This document shows positions 37,057 through 46,437 of a DNA stretch of 64,000 nt, in pieces. The stretch is taken from contig JAYUEN010000387.1 of the NCBI GenBank assembly GCA_043739185.1, forward strand, positions 27,518 through 91,517. Direction: 5' to 3'. Each line of letters opens with the position of its first letter. Position 1 is the stretch's first letter. The notes below the pieces were generated by a model. That model was not told where the DNA came from and ran no database searches. It was given only the letters and a program-made list of their open reading frames with translations. Source of the stretch: Bdellovibrionales bacterium. Its GTDB lineage: Bacteria; Bdellovibrionota; Bdellovibrionia; Bdellovibrionales; JAMPXM01. The translations under genes were made by a program, and so were the position numbers.

Positions 37057-37916
37057 TTGCCACCGCCATTATTTTCAGGAAGTTTATATGAATACTGGCA
37101 GGCCGCATAACGTTTGCATTCAAAGTCTGCATTCGCCGGATAGCAATTGCAATCACACTCATTGAGTTTAGGAAAGCCCAAGGGACAACAAATCGGATCG
37201 CCGCCATAGGCACCTCCGCAAACCATCACATAACAACTGTGAAGATTTGGTTCGCCGCCTTTGCACAAGACTTTGCCGCGAAAATTTGTATTGGGTGTTT
37301 TAGATGAATTGTTCGGACCAGAAGGCGAGCTGGCAGAGGAGCTTGAATTGTTGAAGGCGGGTGAAACGCCATCAAGAAAGGCTAGTGACTTTTGATCTTG
37401 ACCAGATTGATATGCTTCCTCCGCAAGACGCGCATGTTCAGCGGCTTCTTGAGCTCTTATTGCGCTTTGTCTCTGCGCTTCGGCTTGAGCCGCTTGCTGT
37501 TCAGGAGTAAGAGGAACGCTTGGTGCAAGAAGGGCGTTGCCAATGAGACCAAGTCCCACTAAACCAGCCGCATCACCCGGCGAAATTTTGCCGTTAATAC
37601 CCGCAGAAATTGCATTCTGAATGTGTTGATCTAGCTCGTGGCCAGGCTCCGCTGATCCGGAACCACTGGCGCCAGGGGCGGTCCCACCTTCGTTAACGCA
37701 ACTGTAGCGAGCGCATGCAAGAGGGGAGGAGGATTTAACACTTGCAATTCTCGCATTGCATTCAGATTCAGTGGCAAAATTTCCCTCTCTTCCTGAAGTT
37801 TGAGAGATGTATTTGCGTGGACAAGAAGAAAAATCAGCAGTCGCAACCCAAGCGCCGAAAGCAGAAGGGGCTAAACAGATAAGAGTTAAGAGAAAAAAAA
37901 CGTGTGTTTTTGTCAT
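37053..37916 (-). CDS. Exported Cys-rich hypothetical protein
   Basis: Signal peptide; Cys-rich N- and C-terminal domains flanking a Gly/Ala hydrophobic stretch and Q/A coiled coil. Confidence 0.7.
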   Translation of the reverse strand: MTKTHVFFLLTLICLAPSAFGAWVATADFSSCPRKYISQTSGREGNFATESECNARIASVKSSSPLACARYSCVNEGGTAPGASGSGSAEPGHELDQHIQNAISAGINGKISPGDAAGLVGLGLIGNALLAPSVPLTPEQQAAQAEAQRQSAIRAQEAAEHARLAEEAYQSGQDQKSLAFLDGVSPAFNNSSSSASSPSGPNNSSKTPNTNFRGKVLCKGGEPNLHSCYVMVCGGAYGGDPICCPLGFPKLNECDCNCYPANADFECKRYAACQYSYKLPENNGGGK

Positions 37917-38058
37917 TGATTGCTCCGTAGACCTTGGGCTGGCAGATTTCAAAATGTGTAGAATCAGTTCAGCAATTGCCATTGGGATTGTCTAGCGATT
38001 TGCTCTTAAATCAATAAATTGGACTTTGGTAAACCTCGACTACAAATAGTCGGCAAGC

Positions 38059-38082
38059 GGCCAAGCCAGTTCTTGGCTGGCC
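38059..38082. terminator. Hairpin downstream of the serine hydrolase gene
   Basis: GGCCAAGCCAG-TTC-TTGGCTGGCC. Confidence 0.5.
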
Positions 38083-38087
38083 CCTTT

Positions 38088-39407
38088 TCACAATATTGAT
38101 TCGGCAAATTTCAAAGTCTTATTGACGACATCTGAAAATACAAAGTTAGACAATGGCGTCTTTTCATTGTTCCAGCTCATGCTAAGGCAGGCTCTTTGGC
38201 CGCTCTTCGTTTCAAGCAAAAAGCTCATATTGAGAACTCCAGGTTCAGAGCCACCCTTGTAGCCGGCAAAGGCCCAGTGACTGCTTTCTGTACCGACATT
38301 CTGAAGTAGAGGGACGTATTTAGAAAGAATCTTGCGCAAGTTAGGACTTTCTTGATTGCCTATCCATAAAATTGCGTTGCAGGTATCATCTGTCGTGCCA
38401 AACCACTCGAGTTTAGAAATCAGAGTGGGGAGATCAAAGGCGACGCCATTGCTTCCGACGAGATTACGGTCTACTTCAGAAAGGTCAGCGAGTATTTTGA
38501 TTTTAGTTTTTTTGTCGCTGCTTAAATATTTTTCAGTTAAGATCGGATCGACTGCCCATTTTAATTTGAACATTTCAAGCGTCGACAAAAACGGATCATT
38601 TAATTCGGAGTGTTGATTTCCCATCATTGGCATCAAAGACTGCACAAAGTCTCTGCCTAAAAAATCAAGTAAATGATCAGCTGCCGTATTATCGCTAATT
38701 GAAATCATATTGGATGCAAATTCTTCGAGACTTAAGGTGGTGCCACTTGGCAAATCTTGCATTTTACCTGAGGGTAAAGACTTAAGTTTTTCAGAAATGC
38801 TTAAGGTTTCAGTCCATGAATGTTTTTGGGCTGCAATCGCGGATTGCAATGCGCCCAATATATAAAGCTTAAATGTGGATCCGATTGCAAATAATTGTTC
38901 ATTAGAAAATTGCAGTTGAATCTTATGATCAGAAGTCTTTAGCGTTGCCGCCAACTTTCCGTTTGGATCCAAGCTTTGAAGCGCATGGCCGACATCTTCC
39001 CAACTGTGAATCGAAACGGCGGGATTATTGATGTTTAGCAATTGAAAGTAAGTAATTTGATTTGAAACGGCACCTTTTCTGAGGCTAAAAGAAACTTCAA
39101 ATTTGAGATTTGTCTGAATATTTAAAATGAATTGCTCTGAAGTACTGCGACTTTCGACAGAAGAGTGAAGGCAACTCCCGACATTGTCTTTTATTTCAGA
39201 AAAAATATCCTGAAATTTGCTGTAAGGTATTTTTTCAATGAAACTCTTGTCGAAGTAAAAGGCATAATCTTTTTCTGAAAAATTCGCATCCGATTGCATA
39301 ATTTTTTTACAAATAAAATCAAAATCATTCGGATTCTCATTGGCTTTCGCGCCGTTGAAGCTCACAGCTAATAGAAGCGTCATAACAGAAATATTGAATT
39401 TAAACAT
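38088..39407 (-). CDS. Exported class A beta-lactamase-like serine hydrolase with extra N-terminal domain
   Basis: GSTFK (SxxK), ISDN, YKGGS; signal peptide. Confidence 0.88.
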   Translation of the reverse strand: MFKFNISVMTLLLAVSFNGAKANENPNDFDFICKKIMQSDANFSEKDYAFYFDKSFIEKIPYSKFQDIFSEIKDNVGSCLHSSVESRSTSEQFILNIQTNLKFEVSFSLRKGAVSNQITYFQLLNINNPAVSIHSWEDVGHALQSLDPNGKLAATLKTSDHKIQLQFSNEQLFAIGSTFKLYILGALQSAIAAQKHSWTETLSISEKLKSLPSGKMQDLPSGTTLSLEEFASNMISISDNTAADHLLDFLGRDFVQSLMPMMGNQHSELNDPFLSTLEMFKLKWAVDPILTEKYLSSDKKTKIKILADLSEVDRNLVGSNGVAFDLPTLISKLEWFGTTDDTCNAILWIGNQESPNLRKILSKYVPLLQNVGTESSHWAFAGYKGGSEPGVLNMSFLLETKSGQRACLSMSWNNEKTPLSNFVFSDVVNKTLKFAESIL

Positions 39408-39521
39408 AGAGATCTCCTTTAGTGAGCTCTATGCTTAGCACGAAGAAATTTGAATTACAAATCAACGCTTTTCGGGCTATGAAAACTGAATTAATGGTGT
39501 TTGCGTGACCTTTTAAAATAG

Positions 39522-39548
39522 AAAAAGGCGCATTTTCGGTGCGCCTTT
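39522..39548 (-). terminator. Rho-independent terminator
   Basis: AAAGGCGCA-TTTTCGG-TGCGCCTTT with U run on the minus strand. Confidence 0.75.
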
Positions 39549-39583
39549 AATAAAATAATTTCAAATGAAACTAAAGCTATCTT

Positions 39584-39904
39584 TTAATATTTTGGTTTTT
39601 TCTTTTTTGACTTTTTCTTTTTTGATTTGCCTGACTTCGCGCTGGCAACTTTGCGATCTTTGGTTTTCTTTTTACCCTTACTTTTAACGCTTGCTACTTT
39701 TCGCTTCTGAGTTTTCTTTTTCTTTTTAACGCTCGCAACATCCCGATCTTGTTTTTGTTTGGGATGTTTTTTGCGATTTGCAGCCACCATATATTGACTG
39801 GCTTTTTGGTAGCCCTCGCTACTTGCAAATGAAACCGAAGACTCAATCATAATGAGTGCTGGAACAATCAAAACTGCAAGCAAAAGTTGATTTAAAATTT
39901 TCAT
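39584..39904 (-). CDS. Small exported Lys-rich protein with three RxVAS motifs
   Basis: GGAGGG RBS, signal peptide ending SFA, RDVAS/RKVAS/RKVAS, poly-Lys. Confidence 0.75.
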   Translation of the reverse strand: MKILNQLLLAVLIVPALIMIESSVSFASSEGYQKASQYMVAANRKKHPKQKQDRDVASVKKKKKTQKRKVASVKSKGKKKTKDRKVASAKSGKSKKKKSKKKKPKY

Positions 39905-40129
39905 AGTGTCCCTCCGCTGCTAAACTCATCGGCGGGAGCCCAATTTATCTACACTAAAAGCGAGATTCTTTTGCTTCATTCTCAAGATGAGGCAAGAATT
40001 TAAATTTTTTGAGGAAAAATAGGACGTTTGTCTCAGGGCGAGAGGCGCAATCGAAGTGGCTATGATGCGAAGCTGTCTTGCAATGAAGCACTCTAACAAG
40101 TAAGCTTTCACAAAAATAAGGAGAATAAA

Positions 40130-41161
40130 ATGTCTGAAAAATTAGATCCATCACAAATTATGCAAATGGGCATGGGATTTTTTGCTTCTAAAACTTTACT
40201 GAGTGCCGTTGAGCTTGGTCTTTTTAGTTTTCTTGCTGATCAACCCAAGACACGGTCAGAAATTGAATCTAAGCTTGAGCTCCATAAACGCGCAAGCACA
40301 GACTTTTTAGATGCCTTAGTCTCCCTCGGAATGTTAAAGCGGGAAGGCGATGGAGACAAGAGCAAGTATTCAAATACTGCAGAAACCAAATGCTTTCTTG
40401 ATCGCAAAAGTCCAATGTATATTGGCGGAATGCTCGAAATGGCGAGTGCAAGACTTTATCGTCATTGGAGCGATCTGACCGAAGGTCTCAGAACAGGTAA
40501 GCCTCAAAATGAAATTAAAAGTTCTAAAAACAATGAAGATTTGTTTGCTGCTCTTTATTCAAATCCCGCAAAGCTCGAAGGATTTCTTGCGGCAATGGCT
40601 GGGGTGCAAAAGGGCAATTTTATGATGCTCGCAGAGAAGTTTGATTTTACAAAGTATAAAACTCTTTGCGATCTGGGAGGAGCAGGGGCGGCCTTTTCAA
40701 TAGCCGTCGCTAAAAAACATCCCAGTTTAAAAATTACAAGTTTCGATCTTGCAGAAGCTTTGCCAATAGCGACTCGAAATATAAAAGAAGCTGAAGTTAC
40801 GGAGCAAGTTACTCCCGTAGCGGGAGATTTTTTTAAAGATAGCATTCCAAAAGCTAGTGTTATAAGCATGGGGAATATCTTGCACGACTGGGGACTAGCT
40901 GAGAAAAAGGCTTTGATTAAAAAAGTTTATGATGCCCTACCAGTCGGCGGTTGTTTTATAGCGATTGAAAACATTATAGATGATGAACGGCGAAAAAACA
41001 CCTTTGGGCTATTGATGTCTTTAAATATGTTAATCGAAACCGAAAATGGTTTTGATTATACCGGTACTCAATTTCAATCTTGGTGCCAAGAAGCAGGATT
41101 CAAATCAATAGAGTTTATGCAATTGACAGGGCCGACGAGCGCAGCCATTGCATATAAATAA
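40130..41161 (+). CDS. O-methyltransferase (ASMT/COMT-like, with dimerisation domain)
   Basis: LLSAVELGLF, DLGGAGA, GDFF, NILHDW. Confidence 0.92.
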   Translation: MSEKLDPSQIMQMGMGFFASKTLLSAVELGLFSFLADQPKTRSEIESKLELHKRASTDFLDALVSLGMLKREGDGDKSKYSNTAETKCFLDRKSPMYIGGMLEMASARLYRHWSDLTEGLRTGKPQNEIKSSKNNEDLFAALYSNPAKLEGFLAAMAGVQKGNFMMLAEKFDFTKYKTLCDLGGAGAAFSIAVAKKHPSLKITSFDLAEALPIATRNIKEAEVTEQVTPVAGDFFKDSIPKASVISMGNILHDWGLAEKKALIKKVYDALPVGGCFIAIENIIDDERRKNTFGLLMSLNMLIETENGFDYTGTQFQSWCQEAGFKSIEFMQLTGPTSAAIAYK

Positions 41162-41163
41162 AA

Positions 41164-41601
41164 GTGAAAATTCTTTTTGTTTGTCTCGGAAATATCTGCC
41201 GTTCACCAACGGCTGAAGCTATCTTTAGAAAGCGCTTTGAGGAACTCAAAATCAAAGCGCAGTTTGATTCAGCGGGCACTTCACATTACCATATAGGTGA
41301 GAAATCGGATTCAAGATCGATCCGACATGCTGTGGCTCGAGGCTATACAATGTCTCATATTGCGAGGCAGGTCAGTGCAGAGGATTTTTACAAATTTGAT
41401 TTGATCTTCGCAATGGACAATTCGAATTTTTTGAATCTAAAAAAACTTTGTCCCGACCCAAATTTGTTAAATAAGCTTCATCTCATTTTAGAAATGAAAG
41501 ATGTACCAGATCCCTATATTGGCGGGGCCGCGGGTTTTGAAAATGTTATTGATTTACTTGAGGCATCTGTTGATCGGGTGCTTAAAAAATTCTTTAGATA
41601 G
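41164..41601 (+). CDS. Low-molecular-weight protein-tyrosine phosphatase
   Basis: VCLGNICRSP, DSAGT, DPY. Confidence 0.95.
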   Translation: MKILFVCLGNICRSPTAEAIFRKRFEELKIKAQFDSAGTSHYHIGEKSDSRSIRHAVARGYTMSHIARQVSAEDFYKFDLIFAMDNSNFLNLKKLCPDPNLLNKLHLILEMKDVPDPYIGGAAGFENVIDLLEASVDRVLKKFFR

Positions 41602-41647
41602 ATTAGGCTTTCCAAATGGGGGCGGCACTTGATAGCCTAAAAAGAAT

Positions 41648-42247
41648 ATGAATTGGCCACTCTTTCTCTCTACTTTTACGCTCATTTTTGTCTCAGAGCT
41701 TCCTGATAAAACCGCCTTTGCTGTCATTTTATTGGCAACGAGAGAAGGCGCCTCTAGAGTTTTTTGTGGTGTGGCACTTGCCTTTCTCATTCAAAGTATC
41801 GTGGCGGTTTTATTCGGTGGCCTGATCGGACGCTTGCCCGAGGCCTGGGTACACCTCGGAACGGGTCTCATGTTTTTTGGTTTCGCAATACATACGTATA
41901 TACAGTTGGGAAAGTTAGGGCCCGAAGAAAAAGATGGAAGCCAACCCAATTCAAAATCTAAAGCCTTCTGGCCTTCTGTTTGGCGCTCCTTTTTACTTAT
42001 CTTCATTGCCGAGTGGGGTGATCTCACCCAAATTGCAACGGCCTCTTTAGCCGCGAAATATCATGAAGAAATTGCCACGATCTTAATTTCATCGACGCTT
42101 GCCTTGTGGCTGGTTACAGCAATTGCCATATTGGTTGGACAGAAATTGCAGCACTTAATTGATATTGAGAAATTGAAAAAATTTACAATCTTGGTATTCT
42201 TAGCCTTCGGAGTATATTTTATAAAGTCTTGGCTTGAGTCAAAATAA
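41648..42247 (+). CDS. TMEM165/GDT1 (UPF0016) cation transporter
   Basis: Two ExxD(K/L)T motifs: SELPDKT and AEWGDLTQ. Confidence 0.9.
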   Translation: MNWPLFLSTFTLIFVSELPDKTAFAVILLATREGASRVFCGVALAFLIQSIVAVLFGGLIGRLPEAWVHLGTGLMFFGFAIHTYIQLGKLGPEEKDGSQPNSKSKAFWPSVWRSFLLIFIAEWGDLTQIATASLAAKYHEEIATILISSTLALWLVTAIAILVGQKLQHLIDIEKLKKFTILVFLAFGVYFIKSWLESK

Positions 42248-43184
42248 ATTCTTCAAGTTTATTAAATGAACCAGTCCAGCCTTGAGTCATTCCAGCTCGT
42301 GCAAGAACAAAAGTATCAAGTTCTTCTTTCTTAACCTGGCCGTGCGCTTCCCAAATGATTTTAACTCGCGTTTGTTGAGGACCTTCCTCCGCCAAAATAA
42401 TTGAAGTGCGCATGGTTTCTGGCCAAGTTGCTGACATGGGATGCCGAATGGTCTTTTCATTTTCATCACAAAATTGCTGAAGATAAACAATACGATTTGG
42501 TTTTACGACTTCTAAATATTCGGCCCGACCAAACATTTTAATATTTGAATCATTATACATTTCATAAAAAATGCTTCCGCCTGGTTTTATTTCCGAGCGT
42601 AAAAATTTCATCTTAAATCCAGTGGGAGGTAACCAAGCGGCCAATTTCTCGGGGTCGGTCCACAACTCAAACATCAAATCAATTGAAACGGGGAAGCTGC
42701 GGTTGATGACAAACTCCTCTTTTCCCGAGGCTTCCTTTGATAAAAATTCGGACAATCGATCCCATGTCGAATCTCCGCTGGCACTTTTGATAAATTTTCG
42801 AGTTTCTTCAGCGGCCTCTGGAGTCGGGAGAATCAAAGCCATCTCCATTTTGCTTTTACCTTTAAGGTCTGAAAAATGAACCTGCACTCTAAACATAGGC
42901 GGTTGATCAGCGCTGGCGCCGTGGTCGTAAACAAGATGCGAATATTTTTCGACTTCAAGATAATGAGTTATATTCGGATAATTGATTCCGTCTGGACCGT
43001 GCATTGTGTAGTTCCAGTGCCCACCACTCTTAAAGTCTTTGTTGTGTGTGGTAAGGCTAAAGCCACGCGGGCCCCACCACTTCGAAATTTTATCACTATT
43101 TGCCCAGGCATCCCAAAGCATCGGGAGGGGAGCATCGTAAACTCGAATAAGTTTTATTTCATTTGATTTTGGCATTGCTCCCAT
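42219..43184 (-). CDS. Tandem SRPBCC/AHSA1-domain protein
   Basis: Two repeats (WWGPRGF...MHGPDG; WTDPEKLAAWLPP...GMTQGW). Confidence 0.9.
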   Translation of the reverse strand: MGAMPKSNEIKLIRVYDAPLPMLWDAWANSDKISKWWGPRGFSLTTHNKDFKSGGHWNYTMHGPDGINYPNITHYLEVEKYSHLVYDHGASADQPPMFRVQVHFSDLKGKSKMEMALILPTPEAAEETRKFIKSASGDSTWDRLSEFLSKEASGKEEFVINRSFPVSIDLMFELWTDPEKLAAWLPPTGFKMKFLRSEIKPGGSIFYEMYNDSNIKMFGRAEYLEVVKPNRIVYLQQFCDENEKTIRHPMSATWPETMRTSIILAEEGPQQTRVKIIWEAHGQVKKEELDTFVLARAGMTQGWTGSFNKLEEFILTQAKTL

Positions 43185-43201
43185 ATTTCAATTACTTTCT
43201 T

Positions 43202-43420
43202 TTATTGATTGCTATATTGACCTGGGAAAGCTGCATTTTCTAACTCGAGTGCGGTGGCATGTTTGCCGGACTCATTGAGATCGATACATTTATTCGCAAG
43301 TTTGATCAGCTTATGATAGCAAAACGGATATTTTTCAATCATGGCTTCATCTAGTTTTGGTTTGCTGGCGCATGCACTTAAAATCATGGGCAATGAACAT
43401 AATAAAATAATAGTTTTCAT
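43202..43420 (-). CDS. Small lipoprotein
   Basis: GGAGG RBS, LSAC lipobox. Confidence 0.7.
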   Translation of the reverse strand: MKTIILLCSLPMILSACASKPKLDEAMIEKYPFCYHKLIKLANKCIDLNESGKHATALELENAAFPGQYSNQ

Positions 43421-43549
43421 TTTTACCTCCGTAAAAGTTTGAGTCATAATTCTAAGCGAAGGGATTCATATTAAACAAGCTTTATGCCCTTGCAAAAATG
43501 CATTCAATTAGATGTTGCTATGGCGTGCCAAGGTCTTTTTGCTGGCGAT

Positions 43550-45010
43550 TCACTTTAAAAGCCAGGCTTTCGGAGCCCCGGCTCGACCATCTTTAAAGAC
43601 CAATGCAATATCTCGAAAAGCTCGAGATGTCTCAATAGGATTTTGATTTAACAAAACTAAATCCGCAGTTTTGCCTTCGGTGATGCTTCCTATTTCACTG
43701 TCAACTTTTAGCATTTGAGCTGCGCGCAGAGTTGAGGCCCTTACAACTTCGAGAACGGGAATGCCTGCATCAAGTAATGCTTCGACTTCAAGAATCGATC
43801 CGACGCCGTGAAAAAAAGTTGAAAACAGTGGATAGTTTCCGGAGTCTGAGCCCATGACAATTGGAGTTCCCGAGTCGTAAATCGCCTTCAATGAAATTTT
43901 TGAATTTTGATAGTATTGTTCAATTGATTCTCTGCGAATAAAATATTGAGATAGAAATTCAGCCACAAACTGAGGAATGAACCAAGGCTTATTTTGACTT
44001 GAGAGCAGTTTAATAACTTCAGGAGTCGCGACCTTCGCTGTTTTAATTTGTTCATCGGGAACCAAGAGTCTAAACCAGGCTTCATCAAATATTTTTTGAT
44101 CCCACATTAAAAGCATCATTTTGTAGATTGCAAGCGTACTGACAACATAGGCTTTGCTCTGATAAATTTTTTGAATAATTTCGGGGCTAGCGACTTTGTC
44201 AAAAAATCCGCCATGCATAAAGGCGTAGGGTTTAAGATCAAAGGCCATCCAAAACGCCTCCTCCGACTCGCTATGTACGAAAATAGGAAGCTTGGCCGCA
44301 TCGGCCTCCTCAAGAATTTTTCTGCGGAAATGGGAGTTGAAAACCCGAAAAGCCGAAAGCGGTGCAAAGCCATACTCCAAAACCACCTTCGTGCCCAATG
44401 GGTGAATATTTTTGATTTCCTCAAAGCGATCGTGAATATCTGTGATTTTTTTTATGGGATTTGTGAGATCATGATAAAGTGTGCCGCGCGCTTCGGAGGA
44501 TGCAAAATAGCCTTCGTTTGGAGTTAAAAATGGGGTGAGGCCAAAAAACCTAGGGATATTATTTTGTTTTTGAAATTGGGCCACCTCTTCAAAAAGTTTC
44601 AATGGAGTGGCGGCATCTAAAATAGTAGTAACTCCAGCCGCAAGATAGGCTTGCAGCTGAATTTTTTGCTGATCGCTCACTTTGGATTGAGATTCATTTC
44701 TAAAAATAGAGCCTGGCACACTTCGGATGTGTACATGACAATCAATCAAGCCAGGGATCAAGGTTTTTCCGGTTCCGTCAATGATCATTTTTGCTTGGCT
44801 ATTTAGATTCTTTCCGATGCGTGCAATTTTGCTTTCAATTATTTCAACGTCCATCGACTCTTTTGGGGGCGCCCCCGTTCCGTCGATGAGCAAAACATTT
44901 TTGATGAGTGTGATGTTGGTGCTTGCGTAAGTCTTGGTAAAAAAACTTGAGAAGAGAAAAGTGAAAATTACTGCAAATATTCTTTTGAAGTTTGAATTTT
45001 TCATTTTCAA
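43550..45010 (-). CDS. Exported amidohydrolase-family protein
   Basis: LIPGLIDCHVH, AGVTT, MGSDSG, GSITEGKTADLV; signal peptide. Confidence 0.9.
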   Translation of the reverse strand: MKMKNSNFKRIFAVIFTFLFSSFFTKTYASTNITLIKNVLLIDGTGAPPKESMDVEIIESKIARIGKNLNSQAKMIIDGTGKTLIPGLIDCHVHIRSVPGSIFRNESQSKVSDQQKIQLQAYLAAGVTTILDAATPLKLFEEVAQFQKQNNIPRFFGLTPFLTPNEGYFASSEARGTLYHDLTNPIKKITDIHDRFEEIKNIHPLGTKVVLEYGFAPLSAFRVFNSHFRRKILEEADAAKLPIFVHSESEEAFWMAFDLKPYAFMHGGFFDKVASPEIIQKIYQSKAYVVSTLAIYKMMLLMWDQKIFDEAWFRLLVPDEQIKTAKVATPEVIKLLSSQNKPWFIPQFVAEFLSQYFIRRESIEQYYQNSKISLKAIYDSGTPIVMGSDSGNYPLFSTFFHGVGSILEVEALLDAGIPVLEVVRASTLRAAQMLKVDSEIGSITEGKTADLVLLNQNPIETSRAFRDIALVFKDGRAGAPKAWLLK

Positions 45011-45024
45011 AAAAACTTTCTTGA

Positions 45025-45591
45025 TTACGAAGTTAGGAGTATCTTTTGCCAGGTTTCGGCTCTCATGCTAAATACAATATGATCGACGAAATGGTCATAA
45101 AGCCACTCATTGTCTCGCAATTGACCTTCCTTTTCGAAGCCCAAGGTGATGGGAATGGATTGGCTCGCTAAGTTCCCCGGAGCGCATCTAATTTCTATGC
45201 GATTGAGTTTGAGCTCCGAGAAAGCATATTCACAAAGGCACTTGGTTGCATTTTTTGCAAAGCCGTTTCCGCGAAATTCCTGTCCAACCCAATAGCCGAT
45301 CATGGCTTTGCGGTGTTGCCAATCAATATCGCGAAGGTGAATAATACCAATTATCTTCTGATTGTACCAAATCCACATGGCAAGGCCTTTACCATCTCTA
45401 ATTTCTAACAAAGTCGATTGAATAAACTTTTCAAGTTCAGAAACCGATTTTGTGTGATCAAGCCAACCAAGCCATTGGCGAAGATAGGGGCGATTGCGAT
45501 CAATGAGAGCCATAAACTCGAGCGAATGTTCGATGCTTAAGATTTGAAGTTCTGTATTGGCATCAATATTAAGTTTTAATTTGTCTTTCAT
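45025..45591 (-). CDS. RimJ/RimL-type GNAT acetyltransferase
   Basis: LRQWLGW, IGYWV, LNRIEI, GFEKEG. Confidence 0.9.
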   Translation of the reverse strand: MKDKLKLNIDANTELQILSIEHSLEFMALIDRNRPYLRQWLGWLDHTKSVSELEKFIQSTLLEIRDGKGLAMWIWYNQKIIGIIHLRDIDWQHRKAMIGYWVGQEFRGNGFAKNATKCLCEYAFSELKLNRIEIRCAPGNLASQSIPITLGFEKEGQLRDNEWLYDHFVDHIVFSMRAETWQKILLTS

Positions 45592-45807
45592 TTAGCAAAT
45601 ATACTCTCATTTAAAAAAAATGGGGAGATTTTAGAGTCGGTTAAAGCTTTGAGCTTCAAAGATTACAGTCAAGGGGGATGAGCTACTGCTATATTAAATA
45701 GCAAATGGTGTTTTTATTTGGCAGTTGATCAATATGATCCTAACCTATTGCGAGTGTGAAAAGGCCGTGCTTTTTGATTCCTTAATTCTAAAAGGTAGAT
45801 TTTATCA

Positions 45808-46437
45808 ATGAAAAGATTCACCTGCCCATCATGTGGCGCCGCGATCGAATTTCAGTCATCGATGACAATTTATATGGTCTGCAAATATTGTCGATCTACT
45901 TTGGTGAGAAAAGATCTAAGTTTGGAGTCTATTGGGAAAATGGCTGAACTTAAAAATGATATGACGCCATTTCAAATCGGAAGTTTTGGTCACTTTAAAG
46001 ACAATTTTGTTTTTATCGGTAGAGTTCAAATTTCGTGGGCCGATGGCTTTTGGAATGAGTGGTATATTCGTTTTGACGACGGCAAAGAGGCATGGTTAGC
46101 TGAGGCACAGGGTTCATATATGATTAGTTTTGCTGCTGACATTCCTAAAACATTGCCAAAGGCGACAGAGTTAAGTCCAGAAATGCCTATTCAAATAGGA
46201 AGTATTTTGTACCAGGTCGATGACATCAAAGACGTGACTTATGCTTTTGCAGAAGGTGAGCTTCCGTTTTCTGCACCTCAAGGATTCAAAGGAGTATCGG
46301 TTGATTTGAGTCACGGCGAAAATTATTTTGCATCTATTAGTTATACCGAGAGCGGAGATGTTGACGTATTTGTGGGGCAATATCTTGAGTTTGAAAAGTT
46401 TCAGTTTAAAAATTTGAGGCAAATCGATGGCTGGTAA
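45808..46437 (+). CDS. DUF4178-domain protein with N-terminal Zn ribbon
   Basis: CPSCGA...CKYC, WNEW, AWLAEAQG, AEGELP. Confidence 0.85.
   Translation: MKRFTCPSCGAAIEFQSSMTIYMVCKYCRSTLVRKDLSLESIGKMAELKNDMTPFQIGSFGHFKDNFVFIGRVQISWADGFWNEWYIRFDDGKEAWLAEAQGSYMISFAADIPKTLPKATELSPEMPIQIGSILYQVDDIKDVTYAFAEGELPFSAPQGFKGVSVDLSHGENYFASISYTESGDVDVFVGQYLEFEKFQFKNLRQIDGW

Noticed and set aside
38088..39407. Antibiotic-resistance beta-lactamase call
   Set aside because: The KGGS motif and extra N-terminal domain fit the broader serine hydrolase/PBP-like group; there is no mobile context and activity cannot be inferred.
39926..39951. GCCGATGA as a sigma-28 -10 box (also ACCGATAA near 32230)
   Set aside because: There is no convincing -35 element at canonical spacing.
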